41,960 nucleotides of DNA from Promethearchaeota archaeon (GTDB lineage Archaea > Asgardarchaeota > Lokiarchaeia > Sigyniarchaeales > SOKP01), in the NCBI GenBank assembly GCA_019058245.1, contig JAHPZJ010000003.1, positions 1 to 41,960 of the forward strand, given 5' to 3'. The notes below the pieces were generated by a model. That model was not told the DNA's origin and made no database searches. It worked only from the letters and a program-made list of their open reading frames with translations. Shown piece after piece: positions 1 to 10,234 of the stretch; the first letter of the stretch is position 1, and the number at the start of each line of letters is the position of its first letter. A program made the translations under genes and the position numbers.

Positions 1-71
1 TTTTATTTTCCTTTTTTTACTTTTAAGAAATAATTGATAAAAATGGAATTTTCCGTGAAAACTTCTTTCGA

Positions 72-278
72 TTAATGTAATTCCGTATCTTTGAGATTCT
101 TATCTTGTTTCACCTTTAGTTCCCAAATTATCCCAATCACTACCAATACTATTCCTATTATAGGTAATACAAGAAAAATTGGTAAATAGCCTTTGATAAT
201 AATCAGGCTAATGCTTATCACGATTAAAATACATCCCGCTATTATTAGCCTTAATTTTATAGCATATATTTTTTTCAC
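72..278 (-). CDS. small membrane protein (2 TM helices)
   Basis: 68-aa ORF, GTG start, two hydrophobic stretches and a charged C-terminal tail. Confidence 0.55.
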   Translation of the reverse strand: MKKIYAIKLRLIIAGCILIVISISLIIIKGYLPIFLVLPIIGIVLVVIGIIWELKVKQDKNLKDTELH

Positions 279-456
279 ATCCCATTTGGAATTTTAATAA
301 AAGCTTTTTATTTACAATTATGTTTTTTCATATAATATTTTACCAGAACATCTAAAATATAAATCATATAGTTAAAAATTATAAATTATTACGATTTAGA
401 CTTGTTATAGTTAAACAAAAGAGCATTAAAATTTTTAAAAAAGATAGATATCAATC

Positions 457-1881
457 ATGAATAAAGAAGATATTTGTTTCATGTCGGCTTATGAAATGGC
501 AGAAACGATAAAAAGACAAGAATTAACATCTTTAGAAATAACAGAAACTATTATTGAGAAAATAGAAAAAATAAATCCAATTATTAACGCCTATTGTACC
601 ACTACTTTTGATATTGCAAGGGAAAATGCTAAAAAAGCCGATGAAGCCGTAAAAAAAGGGGAAAAATTAGGATTATTACATGGAATTCCTACATCTATTA
701 AAGATTTAGAAAACACAGACGGAATAAGAACAACAATGGGAAGTAAAATTTATGAACATAACATCCCAAAAGAAGATGCTATAACTGTTAAAAGAATAAA
801 AGATGCTGGTGCAATAATCTTAGGCAAAACTAATACCCCTTCCTTAGGATATAAAGGGGTTACAGATAATTTAATTTTTGGTGCTACAAAAAATCCTTGG
901 AACTTAGAAAAAACATGTGGAGGATCTAGTGGTGGTGCTGCCTCTGCTGTTGCATCTGGATTGGGTCCATTGGCATTGGGTTCTGATGGTGGAGGTTCAA
1001 TTAGAATACCTAGTAGCTTCTGTGGAGTATATGGACTTAAACCCAATTATGGTCGGATCCCGCATGATTATATGAAATTTATGGGGTATTTAGGAACTTT
1101 AACTCATAAGGGTCCTATTGTGAGATATGTAAAGGATGCCGCACTAATGTTAGATGCAATGGTTGGAGTAGATATAATAGATAGATATTCATTACCGAAA
1201 CCAAATTTTAGTTATTTGGAAGAACTTGAGAATGAGCCTAATAATCTACAGATAAGTTATTCACTTGATCTTGGATATGCGAAGGTTCTTGATTCAGGAG
1301 TTGAAAAAGTAATTCTAGACGCAATTTATAAATTTGAGAATTTAAATTGGTCAATTGAAGAAAGTAGTATTAAACTGCCGAGTCCAGCAATGGCGCATTG
1401 GATTATTTGGACTACAGGATTTTATTATAATTTAAAGCCTTATATAGAACAGTGGGGAGATAAAATGGATCCTCAGTTAGTTGAAATATTAAAAATAGGA
1501 TCTCAATTTACAGTTGATAATATAAAATGGGCAGAAATTCGAAGAGAAATGGTTTATGAAGAAATCTGCCGAAATTTTAAAAATTTTGATATTTTAATAA
1601 CCCCCACTTTAGCTTGTCCTGCTTTTGATTTAGATAGACAATATCCGGAAAGAATTGATGGGAAAAAGGTAGATCCAGGAGCATGGTTACCATTTACAGT
1701 TCCTTTTAACTTGAGTGGACATCCCGCTGCCTCAATACCATGTGGGTGGTCTAGTAATGGATTACCAATAGGGATGCAAATTGTTGGTCCTCGTTTAGAT
1801 GAGTTAAAAGTACTTCAAGTTTCAAGAGTCTTTGAGGAAATATCTCCATGGCAAGATAAAAGGCCAAACTTTAAATCTTAA
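457..1881 (+). CDS. amidase signature family protein (Asp-tRNAAsn/Glu-tRNAGln amidotransferase A-like fold)
   Basis: GIPTSIKD (catalytic Lys), GKTN, GGSSGG, GSDGGGSIRIP, NLSGHPAASIPCG and GLPIGMQIVG motifs. Confidence 0.93.
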   Translation: MNKEDICFMSAYEMAETIKRQELTSLEITETIIEKIEKINPIINAYCTTTFDIARENAKKADEAVKKGEKLGLLHGIPTSIKDLENTDGIRTTMGSKIYEHNIPKEDAITVKRIKDAGAIILGKTNTPSLGYKGVTDNLIFGATKNPWNLEKTCGGSSGGAASAVASGLGPLALGSDGGGSIRIPSSFCGVYGLKPNYGRIPHDYMKFMGYLGTLTHKGPIVRYVKDAALMLDAMVGVDIIDRYSLPKPNFSYLEELENEPNNLQISYSLDLGYAKVLDSGVEKVILDAIYKFENLNWSIEESSIKLPSPAMAHWIIWTTGFYYNLKPYIEQWGDKMDPQLVEILKIGSQFTVDNIKWAEIRREMVYEEICRNFKNFDILITPTLACPAFDLDRQYPERIDGKKVDPGAWLPFTVPFNLSGHPAASIPCGWSSNGLPIGMQIVGPRLDELKVLQVSRVFEEISPWQDKRPNFKS

Positions 1882-1921
1882 AATATTAATTCTTTTTCAT
1901 TTTTTGTCTTTAAAAATAGCT

Positions 1922-2998
1922 CTAATTAGAAGTAGTGATATATGAAGAATCTCCAATAGTAATACTTTTCTTAATTAAATCTTCTAATATTGTATAATCT
2001 CCGACAATACTTCTCGAGGATATGATTTTTTTCAAATTTGCCCCATCACCAATTACAGATTCTGACAAAATACATTTTTCTAAAACTACATGGTCTCCAA
2101 TTGAAACATTTGGGCCTATAACAGAATCAATTATTTTAGTATCTTCTCCAATATAGACGGGGGGAACAATCCTTGAATCTACAATATTACCAGATTGTTG
2201 TAATTTTTCATATGTGGGGTCTGGTATTTTGGCTTCTGTTAGTAATAGACGATTTCCAGCTATTAAACTTTCAGGTCGTCCAAAATCTAAAATTTCTTGA
2301 TTCATTTCACTAATTTTTAATTTGAAACCTTCTTCAATTAATTGTTGAATAATAGGAGTAATAGTATGTTCTTGACCATTTTCTAGTGGGATCTTACTCT
2401 GTTCTTCTAATAATTCAAATAATCGTGGTACCATATTCATTCCAAATAAATAGGCTCCAGCTACTGCAAAATTTGATTTAGGATCCCTTGGTTTCTCATC
2501 AATATCCCTCACATTGCCATTTTCGTCTAAATCTATCACACCATAAAATTGAGGATTATCAACTTGATGAACATTTATTACACCATCACATATATCTTGA
2601 TGAAAATTTAATAAAATTTGAGAATATTCTTCTAATGGATATCTATCGCTCAAAAATATGAAATTATCATCATTTTCGACAAGACTTTTTGCTAATAATA
2701 TCGCATCTCCAAGTCCACTAAAATATGGCGTATCTGCTTCGTAACCTAATGGTTTTTGTTCTATAAAATGCAGATTAAAATAATCTGAATGATGTACTTT
2801 AAGATATTCTGTTATTTGTCTTTTTTTATAGCCCACAATAAAACAAATATTAGTTCCCTTGGGAAATGAATTCTTAAGTTTTATAAGGATATGATCAATT
2901 AATCGTTTTCCTGCTATTTTTAAAAAAGCTTTTGGTTTAGAATAAGTAAATGGTTGCAATCTTTTGCCAACACCGGCAATAGGACAAATAAGCCACAT
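1922..2998 (-). CDS. sugar-phosphate nucleotidyltransferase with C-terminal hexapeptide-repeat domain (G1P thymidylyltransferase-like)
   Basis: AGVGKRLQPFTYSKPK, EKP, DFGRPE motifs; left-handed beta-helix repeats (VIGPNVSIGDHVVLE). Confidence 0.9.
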   Translation of the reverse strand: MWLICPIAGVGKRLQPFTYSKPKAFLKIAGKRLIDHILIKLKNSFPKGTNICFIVGYKKRQITEYLKVHHSDYFNLHFIEQKPLGYEADTPYFSGLGDAILLAKSLVENDDNFIFLSDRYPLEEYSQILLNFHQDICDGVINVHQVDNPQFYGVIDLDENGNVRDIDEKPRDPKSNFAVAGAYLFGMNMVPRLFELLEEQSKIPLENGQEHTITPIIQQLIEEGFKLKISEMNQEILDFGRPESLIAGNRLLLTEAKIPDPTYEKLQQSGNIVDSRIVPPVYIGEDTKIIDSVIGPNVSIGDHVVLEKCILSESVIGDGANLKKIISSRSIVGDYTILEDLIKKSITIGDSSYITTSN

Positions 2999-3083
2999 TT
3001 ATTATTCAAAAGATATCTAATTTTAATTATAGAAGATATAAACATCTATAAAATAAAAAGTATATTGAAATTTATTAATTAAC

Positions 3084-3617
3084 TCAAAAAATTCTAATGA
3101 TTTGTTCTAAAATTTCGTAGTATTCCGTCTCTTTTTGTTTTTCTGTTATAATGCCTTTTAATTTTCTTAAATAGTAATTATCTGAATTTGTTCTAGGTGT
3201 GTTATTTAATAATTTATTTAAAGCAACTCTAATCTTCTCATCAAGGAATTTCGGAGGAATTTCTTTATACCTTTTAATTAAACTCCTTTTCTGAGTATAA
3301 TTGTCGGATTTTACTCTCAGTTCAGTATCATAATTAACAATTGAATATAAATTCCTTATCCATGTTTCAATTTTGGTAATGTCTCCTTTTATATATGTCC
3401 GTTGATTCAACCAATTTTTAAACTCTAAAATATTATCTAAAAAATTATCTCTTTTTGATATTTCATCAGTTTTTTTTTCAACTTTTTGAACAATATTTTG
3501 AATTTTCTTTTTTTTTAAATCCTGAACTTCTTGCTTCGAAAGACTTTTAAAGGCTTTCTCTCTCCTTAAGCGGTCTTCTTTTGAATCTTCTTCATTTAGC
3601 CATTTATCAATAGACAT
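3084..3617 (-). CDS. hypothetical helical protein
   Basis: ORF 3084-3713; ATG at 3617 (MSIDKWL) preferred because the longer N-terminus runs through the divergent intergenic region. Confidence 0.65.
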   Translation of the reverse strand: MSIDKWLNEEDSKEDRLRREKAFKSLSKQEVQDLKKKKIQNIVQKVEKKTDEISKRDNFLDNILEFKNWLNQRTYIKGDITKIETWIRNLYSIVNYDTELRVKSDNYTQKRSLIKRYKEIPPKFLDEKIRVALNKLLNNTPRTNSDNYYLRKLKGIITEKQKETEYYEILEQIIRIF

Positions 3618-3755
3618 ATTAATTTTCACAATTATTAATTGCGATATTATTATTTTGTTTTTTATTAAGTATTTAACAAGTACGAGAGATTTCTTACTAA
3701 TAATATATTTCAAATAAGTTAAAATTTAGGTTCAATCTTTATAATTATTAACACG

Positions 3756-4526
3756 ATGATGATAAAAGGAATTATTTTTGATTTTGGGTTTACATTGTTT
3801 CACTTTATTAATCCTTCTGTTGAAAGATATTATGAATGTTATAAAAATGGTTTAGAAAAGTCTATTGAGATTCTAAAGGAAAAACAAATTTGGAATGAGA
3901 ATTTGTCGCCTGAATCATTTTTTGAGGAATTTATTAAAAGAAGACAAAATTTTTTCAAAGAAAGCATTAAGACAAAAACAGAATTTCCCACTTCTATGAT
4001 TTTTAAAAGTGTTTTAGAATCTCTTGGAGAAGAAAAAATTGTTTCTAATCTCGAACATATCGATGAAAATACCTATGATAAATTAGCTGAACTATATCAT
4101 TCATGTGAAGAAGATGAATGGAAACCTTTTGAAAAAACAAGGCAAACGTTAGAAACATTGACAGAAATGAAATTAAAATTAGCTTTAATTTCCAACCATC
4201 CAAATCATAAAACTATAAAGAATATGTTAAAAAGGCATGATCTAGCGAAATTTTTTAATCCAATAATGACCTCTGCCAAACATGGGAAAAGAAAACCCGA
4301 TCCTAGTATATTTTTCTATACAATTGAGAAAATGGGCTTAAAGAACCAAAATAATTCAATTATTATGTGTGGAGATGAATATGCTGATATTATTGGTGCT
4401 CAAAGAGCAAATATTCAGTCAATTTTGCTTGAAAGAAAATATAAATTTCCTTTCGAAAAAGAAATTAATGTAGAAAATCTGAGAAAAATAAGCATTATCT
4501 CGGAAATTTTAGATTATATTTACTGA
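3756..4526 (+). CDS. HAD-superfamily hydrolase
   Basis: Motif I variant IIFDFGFTL, LALISN, KPDPSIF, MCGDEYADIIGA. Confidence 0.9.
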   Translation: MMIKGIIFDFGFTLFHFINPSVERYYECYKNGLEKSIEILKEKQIWNENLSPESFFEEFIKRRQNFFKESIKTKTEFPTSMIFKSVLESLGEEKIVSNLEHIDENTYDKLAELYHSCEEDEWKPFEKTRQTLETLTEMKLKLALISNHPNHKTIKNMLKRHDLAKFFNPIMTSAKHGKRKPDPSIFFYTIEKMGLKNQNNSIIMCGDEYADIIGAQRANIQSILLERKYKFPFEKEINVENLRKISIISEILDYIY

Positions 4527-4590
4527 AAAAATAAGTCTATATTCAATGCGTTTAAATACTAATGGCCTGGGGGGGATTTGAACCCTCGAT

Positions 4591-4616
4591 GTCCAGTGTG
4601 AAATGCTTTTTCACAT
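4591..4616 (-). other. 26-nt tRNA intron at position 45/46 (variable loop)
   Basis: Central helix CCAG/CTGG, bulges AT^A and AC^A, inner stem TGTGAAA/TTTCACA. Confidence 0.85.
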
Positions 4617-4645
4617 ATCTGGCTCCGCAAGCCAGCGCCCTATCC

Positions 4646-4677
4646 ATTCCATATCTCAAAATATTTTCTAGAGATAT
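4646..4677 (-). other. 32-nt tRNA intron in the D-loop (after nt 16)
   Basis: Central helix TCTA/TGGA, bulges GT^A and AT^G, inner stem TATCTC/GAGATA; splicing gives a normal D-loop AGTGGATA. Confidence 0.82.
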
Positions 4678-5161
4678 ACTAGACTACCAGGCCTAAATTA
4701 ATTATGAATTTTAATTTTATTAAGATTTAATTACGATTATATTTTATTGAATTTCTTTAGCTTTTTAGTTTTTTTTTACTTTAACTATAGTCAAATCCTA
4801 CTATAATTAAAGTGCTTGAATCAATTAGATTATCACTTTATTTATTGATGTAATAATTATTTCCTCTTATAATATAAGTATATTCATGAAATGTTCCTAT
4901 TATGAGATCTATAAGAAAACCCATTGTTCTCCACTACTTTAATTTAAGTATTCCCTAACATAATTAGAGGATGTATCTATATAAAAGAAATAAAACTTAT
5001 CATTTTTGAAAATAGGAGATAATGCTTTTATTTGAAAAAGAGCAACAAACAAATTTTATTAAAATTTATTATAAATAATAATATTTTTAACATTATTTAG
5101 GATGTTAATTATAATTGAGGATTATAAATCCTCAAAATTATTAGTCAGAAGTAAATTTTCA

Positions 5162-6922
5162 ATGAACGTCGAAGAGATAAAAAAGTTCTTATGGTTAAGT
5201 GGATTGAAAAATTCAGTTAAATTCAATGGTAAACCAAACAAAAAAGCAGTAATGGGAAAACTCATAGCTACGAGATCTGAATTAAGATCAGAAACTAAAA
5301 TAATTCTACCATTATTAGAGCAAATTATTGGAGAAATATTACAATTAACTATTGATCAGCAGAAAGAGCAGTTATTAAAATTGGATCCACATGCTTTGGA
5401 TAAAGAAGAAAAAAGGAAAGAAACAAAAGAATTACCGGAATTACCAAATGTTTCTGATTATAAAAAAGTGGTAATGCGTTTAGCCCCTTATCCAAGTGGT
5501 GCATTACATATTGGAAATGCTAGAATGATTATATTAAATGATGAATATGTAAAAAAGTATAATGGAGAACTTATTCTATTTTATGATGATACAATTGGAA
5601 GCCCAAAATCATTACGTGACAGTCCTAAAGCTAAATATGTATTGCCTCAAGCTTATGATTTAATTAAAGAAGGCTTAGATTGGCTAGGGATTAAATATGA
5701 CAAAATATATTATAAAAGCGATCGCTTAGAAATATTTTATGAGTATTGTGAAAAATTAATTAAAGATAATATCGCTTATGTTTGCTTTTGTCCTGCAGGC
5801 AAATTTAGGAATGAATATAAAAAAAATAAAAAAGACTGCCCACACAGAACTCAATCGATTGAAATAAACTTAGAAATGTGGCAGGATATGCTTAATGGGA
5901 AATATCATGAAGGTGAAGCTGTTGTTAGGTTAAAAACTGGAATGGATCAAAAGGATCCAGCTTTACGAGATCAAATAATTATGAGAATTTCTGAAGCAGA
6001 ACATCCAAGAGTTGGGAATAAATATTTAGTGTGGCCAATGTTGGAGTACAGTTGGGCTATTGATGATTTCCTCATTGGTGCAACTCATATATTAAGAGGA
6101 ATAGATTTAGTAAAGGAGGGTATTATTGAAGAGTTTATATGGGATCATTTTGGTTGGAAAAAAGCGGAATTACTTTATTATGGAAGATTAAATTTTTCTG
6201 ATATGAAATTAAGTAAAACAGAATCAAGAAATAATATTCAAAGAGGTAAATATGAAGGTTGGGACGATCCACGAACATGGAGCTTACAATCTCTAAAAAA
6301 ACGTGGAATTAGGTCGGAAGCATTACGAGAATCGCTATTAGATCTTGGTATGTCCCAATCTGGAATAACATTCTCCGTAAATTGGCTATATTCAAAAAAT
6401 CAGGAAATAATAGATGAACTTTCTAACCGTTATTTTTATGTAGAAGATCCAATTTTACTAGTAATTGATAAAGTACCTGAAAAAGAATATATTTCGGAAC
6501 CATTATTACTTCCAACAGACCCTAAAAAAGGAAAAAGAAAGATTAAATGTAGGGTAAAAGAAAATCAGTTAATGGTACTTATTTCTTTAGCTGATGTAAA
6601 AGCATTAGAAACAGGGGTAATTGTAAGGTTAAAAGATTTATTAAATATCAAGATAAATTCTATTAATCTAAGAAATAAAAGAATAAATGCTACATATCAT
6701 AGTAAAGAATTAAACCGAGAATTTCCAATTATCCATTGGGTATCTCAAAATGAGAACATAGAAGTATCCATCCTAAAGCCTGATGGGAAATTATCAAAAG
6801 GATTTGGTGAGATAGAACTATTGAAAATACCTATGGATAAAACAGTTCAATTCGAACGGTATGGATTTGTAAATCCTATTAAAAGAGAAAAAAATCATCT
6901 ATATTGTTATTTTACTCATTAA
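5162..6922 (+). CDS. gltX: glutamate--tRNA ligase (archaeal type)
   Basis: RLAPYPSGALHIGNAR (HIGH), AYVCFC, KLSKT (KMSKS), GWDDPR, VQFERYGF; start moved to MNVEEIKK at 5162. Confidence 0.96.
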   Translation: MNVEEIKKFLWLSGLKNSVKFNGKPNKKAVMGKLIATRSELRSETKIILPLLEQIIGEILQLTIDQQKEQLLKLDPHALDKEEKRKETKELPELPNVSDYKKVVMRLAPYPSGALHIGNARMIILNDEYVKKYNGELILFYDDTIGSPKSLRDSPKAKYVLPQAYDLIKEGLDWLGIKYDKIYYKSDRLEIFYEYCEKLIKDNIAYVCFCPAGKFRNEYKKNKKDCPHRTQSIEINLEMWQDMLNGKYHEGEAVVRLKTGMDQKDPALRDQIIMRISEAEHPRVGNKYLVWPMLEYSWAIDDFLIGATHILRGIDLVKEGIIEEFIWDHFGWKKAELLYYGRLNFSDMKLSKTESRNNIQRGKYEGWDDPRTWSLQSLKKRGIRSEALRESLLDLGMSQSGITFSVNWLYSKNQEIIDELSNRYFYVEDPILLVIDKVPEKEYISEPLLLPTDPKKGKRKIKCRVKENQLMVLISLADVKALETGVIVRLKDLLNIKINSINLRNKRINATYHSKELNREFPIIHWVSQNENIEVSILKPDGKLSKGFGEIELLKIPMDKTVQFERYGFVNPIKREKNHLYCYFTH

Positions 6923-7113
6923 TTATCATTCACAATATAATATATGGATGCAAAAATCCTAGTTTATTCTTTGAGGTCTTAGATTATTATATAAAGATAA
7001 TAAATCAAGATATTTTGATAATAGAGGATATAAGGATAAAATTTTAATAATGTAATATAAATTTATTACTCTATAAGAAATATAATAAATTTATTTCAAA
7101 AAGGAAACATACA

Positions 7114-9030
7114 ATGATCTCTTACCTTCCCTGTAAAAAATGTGGTTCTGGGCTTCCTATTGTGAAGAGATCCATAGCTATGTGTCCTTATTGTGGAGTT
7201 AAAACTTCCTATATTGATTCAAAAATTTCGTTCAAATATTTTTTGAATGAAATCTTGCATCTTGAATCAGTTAAAAATAAGAGAAATATTAAAGATTCAG
7301 AAATCGAAAGAAGAAAATCCTTAATTCAATCTTGTTTTTATAAACTAACCTCTGATTTTAATGAATATAGACATTTAATAATTACCAAATTGGATAATAT
7401 AAAAATTGATCCTGTAAAATTATATAATTTAATCCGTATTGCTGGCAATTTTGAGATTATTATTGAAAATTATCTATTGGAATATCTAAAAAACGAACCT
7501 ATAAGAATAAAATATCAAGAATTCCGAGATATTGCTTATATAATCAATAAATCTTCCTTAGGATTATATTTTAGCTATTTAGCTAGAAATTCAATTTACT
7601 TTGAAAATTGTTCTGAATATTATCGATTTGCTGAAAAAAATTACCAGAATATTTTAGATTTTTGTAATATAACAAAATTTGAAAATAAGTATTCCAAAAT
7701 TTGTGAAAAAAAAGCTATATATGAAATTTTAAGTGAATTTGCTGCAATATTAAGGGGAATTCTAAATAAAAATCCTAAATATTATTCAGAAAAATTAAAA
7801 AAGTTATTATTTAAATTAGAAAAAATTAATAATATAGGATTTCAAAAAGATATTTTATATACTCAAATTGAGAGTATTTACTTATTGGAGCATAATACTA
7901 GTCTATTGTTAGAAAAAATAAAAATTGATAATCCTTTTATTTCTAATTATTCTTTAGAAGAAAATTTTATTTTTGATATAGAGGAAAATCTTAATAAAAT
8001 AAATAGAGTAAGAAATTGGATAAAAAATATATCAGATAAATATAGAATCTTTCAAAAAAATCTTTTAAAATTACATTCTGGAAGATTTATTAATTATTTA
8101 GAATCATATCGCACAGAATTTACTAATTATGAATATATAAATGTTAAAAGATTTAATAGATCATTAGAACAAATGATTAATAAGGCTTTTGACGCTTATA
8201 ACTCTGAAGTTGTTGAAGCTATGGACTATTTGAGTAATATATTGCATAATAATATCATCAATGAGAGTGTTCTTAAGAAATTTGAAATTGAATATAATGC
8301 ATTAATTAAATTAGATGGTATATTAAAGAACATCATTAATAATATTTTTCAGAAGCCTCTATTCCGAGAATTTACATCAGAACATTGCAAGAAATTAGTT
8401 TCACTTATTTCAGTTAAACATGCAGAATTTGATAAACAAATATTGAATTATATTAATAAGATATTACAAAATTTCGAAGAATTTAGAGAAAGGAATGTTC
8501 TCTCTTTAGAAGAGCAAAAGAATCAATTCAAATCAGAATTAAAACCTACTATCCAAAAACTTCTTAATCTAAGTTTTAACCTAGATGAAAGAGTTTTATC
8601 TTACCCACTATTCATCGATCTCGAAGCAAAAAATGAGATCTTAAAACAAAACAATCCTGAAGTTTTAAATCTTAGAATTAAGAATCCAAATTTAACGGAT
8701 ATTAAAAATCTTAAACTATATTTTTTTATGTCGAACTCCTTTCACTCTAAATTGAAATTTACTAATATTAAACATCTTAAATCAAATGAAGGGAGACGAA
8801 TTAAAATTAAAATTATACCTAAAAAACCAGGAACTTCTCTTTTTATGGTAATGGCAGAATATCAGCATACTAATAAAGCATTTTGGATGCCTTCAATAAA
8901 ATTTAAATTTAAGATTGAAAGATCTGAACAAATTACAACTTATAATTATTATAGATATAATAATCTAGAGCACTTTCAAACTCAAAATGAGTTTATTAGA
9001 ACTTATAAAATTATAAAAAATTATCTTTAA
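7114..9030 (+). CDS. hypothetical protein: N-terminal zinc ribbon, long helical region, C-terminal Ig-like beta-sandwich
   Basis: CKKC..CPYC; C-terminal LNLRIKNP..IKNLKLYF..LKSNEGRRIKIKIIPKKPG alternating-hydrophobic pattern. Confidence 0.7.
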   Translation: MISYLPCKKCGSGLPIVKRSIAMCPYCGVKTSYIDSKISFKYFLNEILHLESVKNKRNIKDSEIERRKSLIQSCFYKLTSDFNEYRHLIITKLDNIKIDPVKLYNLIRIAGNFEIIIENYLLEYLKNEPIRIKYQEFRDIAYIINKSSLGLYFSYLARNSIYFENCSEYYRFAEKNYQNILDFCNITKFENKYSKICEKKAIYEILSEFAAILRGILNKNPKYYSEKLKKLLFKLEKINNIGFQKDILYTQIESIYLLEHNTSLLLEKIKIDNPFISNYSLEENFIFDIEENLNKINRVRNWIKNISDKYRIFQKNLLKLHSGRFINYLESYRTEFTNYEYINVKRFNRSLEQMINKAFDAYNSEVVEAMDYLSNILHNNIINESVLKKFEIEYNALIKLDGILKNIINNIFQKPLFREFTSEHCKKLVSLISVKHAEFDKQILNYINKILQNFEEFRERNVLSLEEQKNQFKSELKPTIQKLLNLSFNLDERVLSYPLFIDLEAKNEILKQNNPEVLNLRIKNPNLTDIKNLKLYFFMSNSFHSKLKFTNIKHLKSNEGRRIKIKIIPKKPGTSLFMVMAEYQHTNKAFWMPSIKFKFKIERSEQITTYNYYRYNNLEHFQTQNEFIRTYKIIKNYL

Positions 9031-9093
9031 ATACTCGTCTGAACTGTATTTTAGAAATAATAATCTTTTTGTAATTTAATTACCTTTTGCATT

Positions 9094-10212
9094 TTGAAAA
9101 TGAATAATAGAGAAATTCCTGAATCTGGAGAATCTAAGAAAGAAATGGTAAATGATACAAAAAGGTGGTCTTTTTGTCCAGTATGTGGAAATATACTATC
9201 AGACGTCAAAAATCTTAAGTTTTGTATAAAGTGTGGAATAAATCTTCAATTTCTGAAGGAAAATAAATATGTTCAAGCAAAAAGAGTGCAAAATCCTTAT
9301 ATCACACCAACCTTATCCCCTCCGCTTTCCAAGCCTCCCATTAAATATGGTCCGAAAAAAATTTCAGATGAAGAAATATTTAATACAAAAGAATTAAAAT
9401 TGTGGGGTACTTGGCCTTCCATTGGGATTCCATTATTGGCCTTTGTTATAATGACTATTGTAACTGCGGCAATTATGTTTATTATAATGTTCTTTTCTTT
9501 TAATTTTAATCTTAATCTATTAAATAATTTAATATCAAATCCCTACTTCGTAATATTTAGTTTATTTATTGAACTGATTTTTATACTTGTTCCTGTACTA
9601 TACATAGGTCAATATTTTCAAAATCCTACTTTAAAAAACAGACTTGAATTATTAGGTTTTACTAGAAAAGGTTTTAATAGAGTAGGATTAATTCAAGAAA
9701 TCTTAATAGGATTAGGATTTGCTATAGTAGGAATCGTATTAGTATTGGGATCATCCTTTTTAATTGAGAGATTCTTGGAGTCTGTTTTTAATGTTACATT
9801 TAGCAATGCTTCAACAGAGACAGATATAATCTTCTCTTCAGCAGATATTCTCATCATCGTTCTCTTTTCTATTTTAATGATTCTTGTTATAGGACCATCT
9901 GAAGAAATATTATTTAGAGGTTTTATGCAAAAAGGTCTAACCCGAAATTTAGGAAATTGGGGGGGAATTCTGCTTACTGCATTTATTTTTGCGATTATTC
10001 ACGTCTTAGAAATTATTATCTCATATTTAGATAGTCCAATCCTCTTACTTTTTTCATTTATTTATTCATTTATTCCTTATTTTTTGATCTCCCTTTTACT
10101 AGGATTAACTTACTATTGGCGGAATGAAAACCTAATAGCTGTCATTATTACTCATGGTGTGTATAACTCATTAACTATAATTTTAGCATATTTTTTTCCA
10201 TTTTTATTTTAG
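9094..10212 (+). CDS. CPBP family intramembrane glutamic endopeptidase (Rce1/Abi-like) with N-terminal zinc ribbon
   Basis: EEILFRG, FAIIH, HGVYN motifs, multiple TM helices, CPVC..CIKC; start may be ATG 9100. Confidence 0.9.
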   Translation: MKMNNREIPESGESKKEMVNDTKRWSFCPVCGNILSDVKNLKFCIKCGINLQFLKENKYVQAKRVQNPYITPTLSPPLSKPPIKYGPKKISDEEIFNTKELKLWGTWPSIGIPLLAFVIMTIVTAAIMFIIMFFSFNFNLNLLNNLISNPYFVIFSLFIELIFILVPVLYIGQYFQNPTLKNRLELLGFTRKGFNRVGLIQEILIGLGFAIVGIVLVLGSSFLIERFLESVFNVTFSNASTETDIIFSSADILIIVLFSILMILVIGPSEEILFRGFMQKGLTRNLGNWGGILLTAFIFAIIHVLEIIISYLDSPILLLFSFIYSFIPYFLISLLLGLTYYWRNENLIAVIITHGVYNSLTIILAYFFPFLF

Positions 10213-10234
10213 ATTTTACTCTAAATCACCAATC

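Larger units (their letters stand above)
4563..4693 (-). tRNA. tRNA-Arg(GCG) with two BHB introns (4646-4677 after nt 16; 4591-4616 at 45/46)
   Basis: After removing both introns: GGCCTGG TA GTCT AGTGGATA GGGC G CTGGC TTGCGGA GCCAG ATATC GAGGG TTCAAAT CCCCC CCAGGCC A. Full cloverleaf, Arg identity element A20, no encoded CCA. Confidence 0.92.

Noticed and set aside
457-1881. Calling the amidase gatA because gltX is nearby
   Set aside because: It has GSDGGGSIRIP rather than the usual GatA GSDTGGSIRQP, and no gatB/gatC is adjacent
2713-2752. 10-aa insertion (YEADTPYFSG) in the nucleotidyltransferase as an in-frame 30-nt intron
   Set aside because: The flanks can pair (CCATTAGG/TTTAGTGG) but as a continuous stem without 3-nt bulges or supporting outer/inner helices; no stop or frameshift, so likely a protein loop
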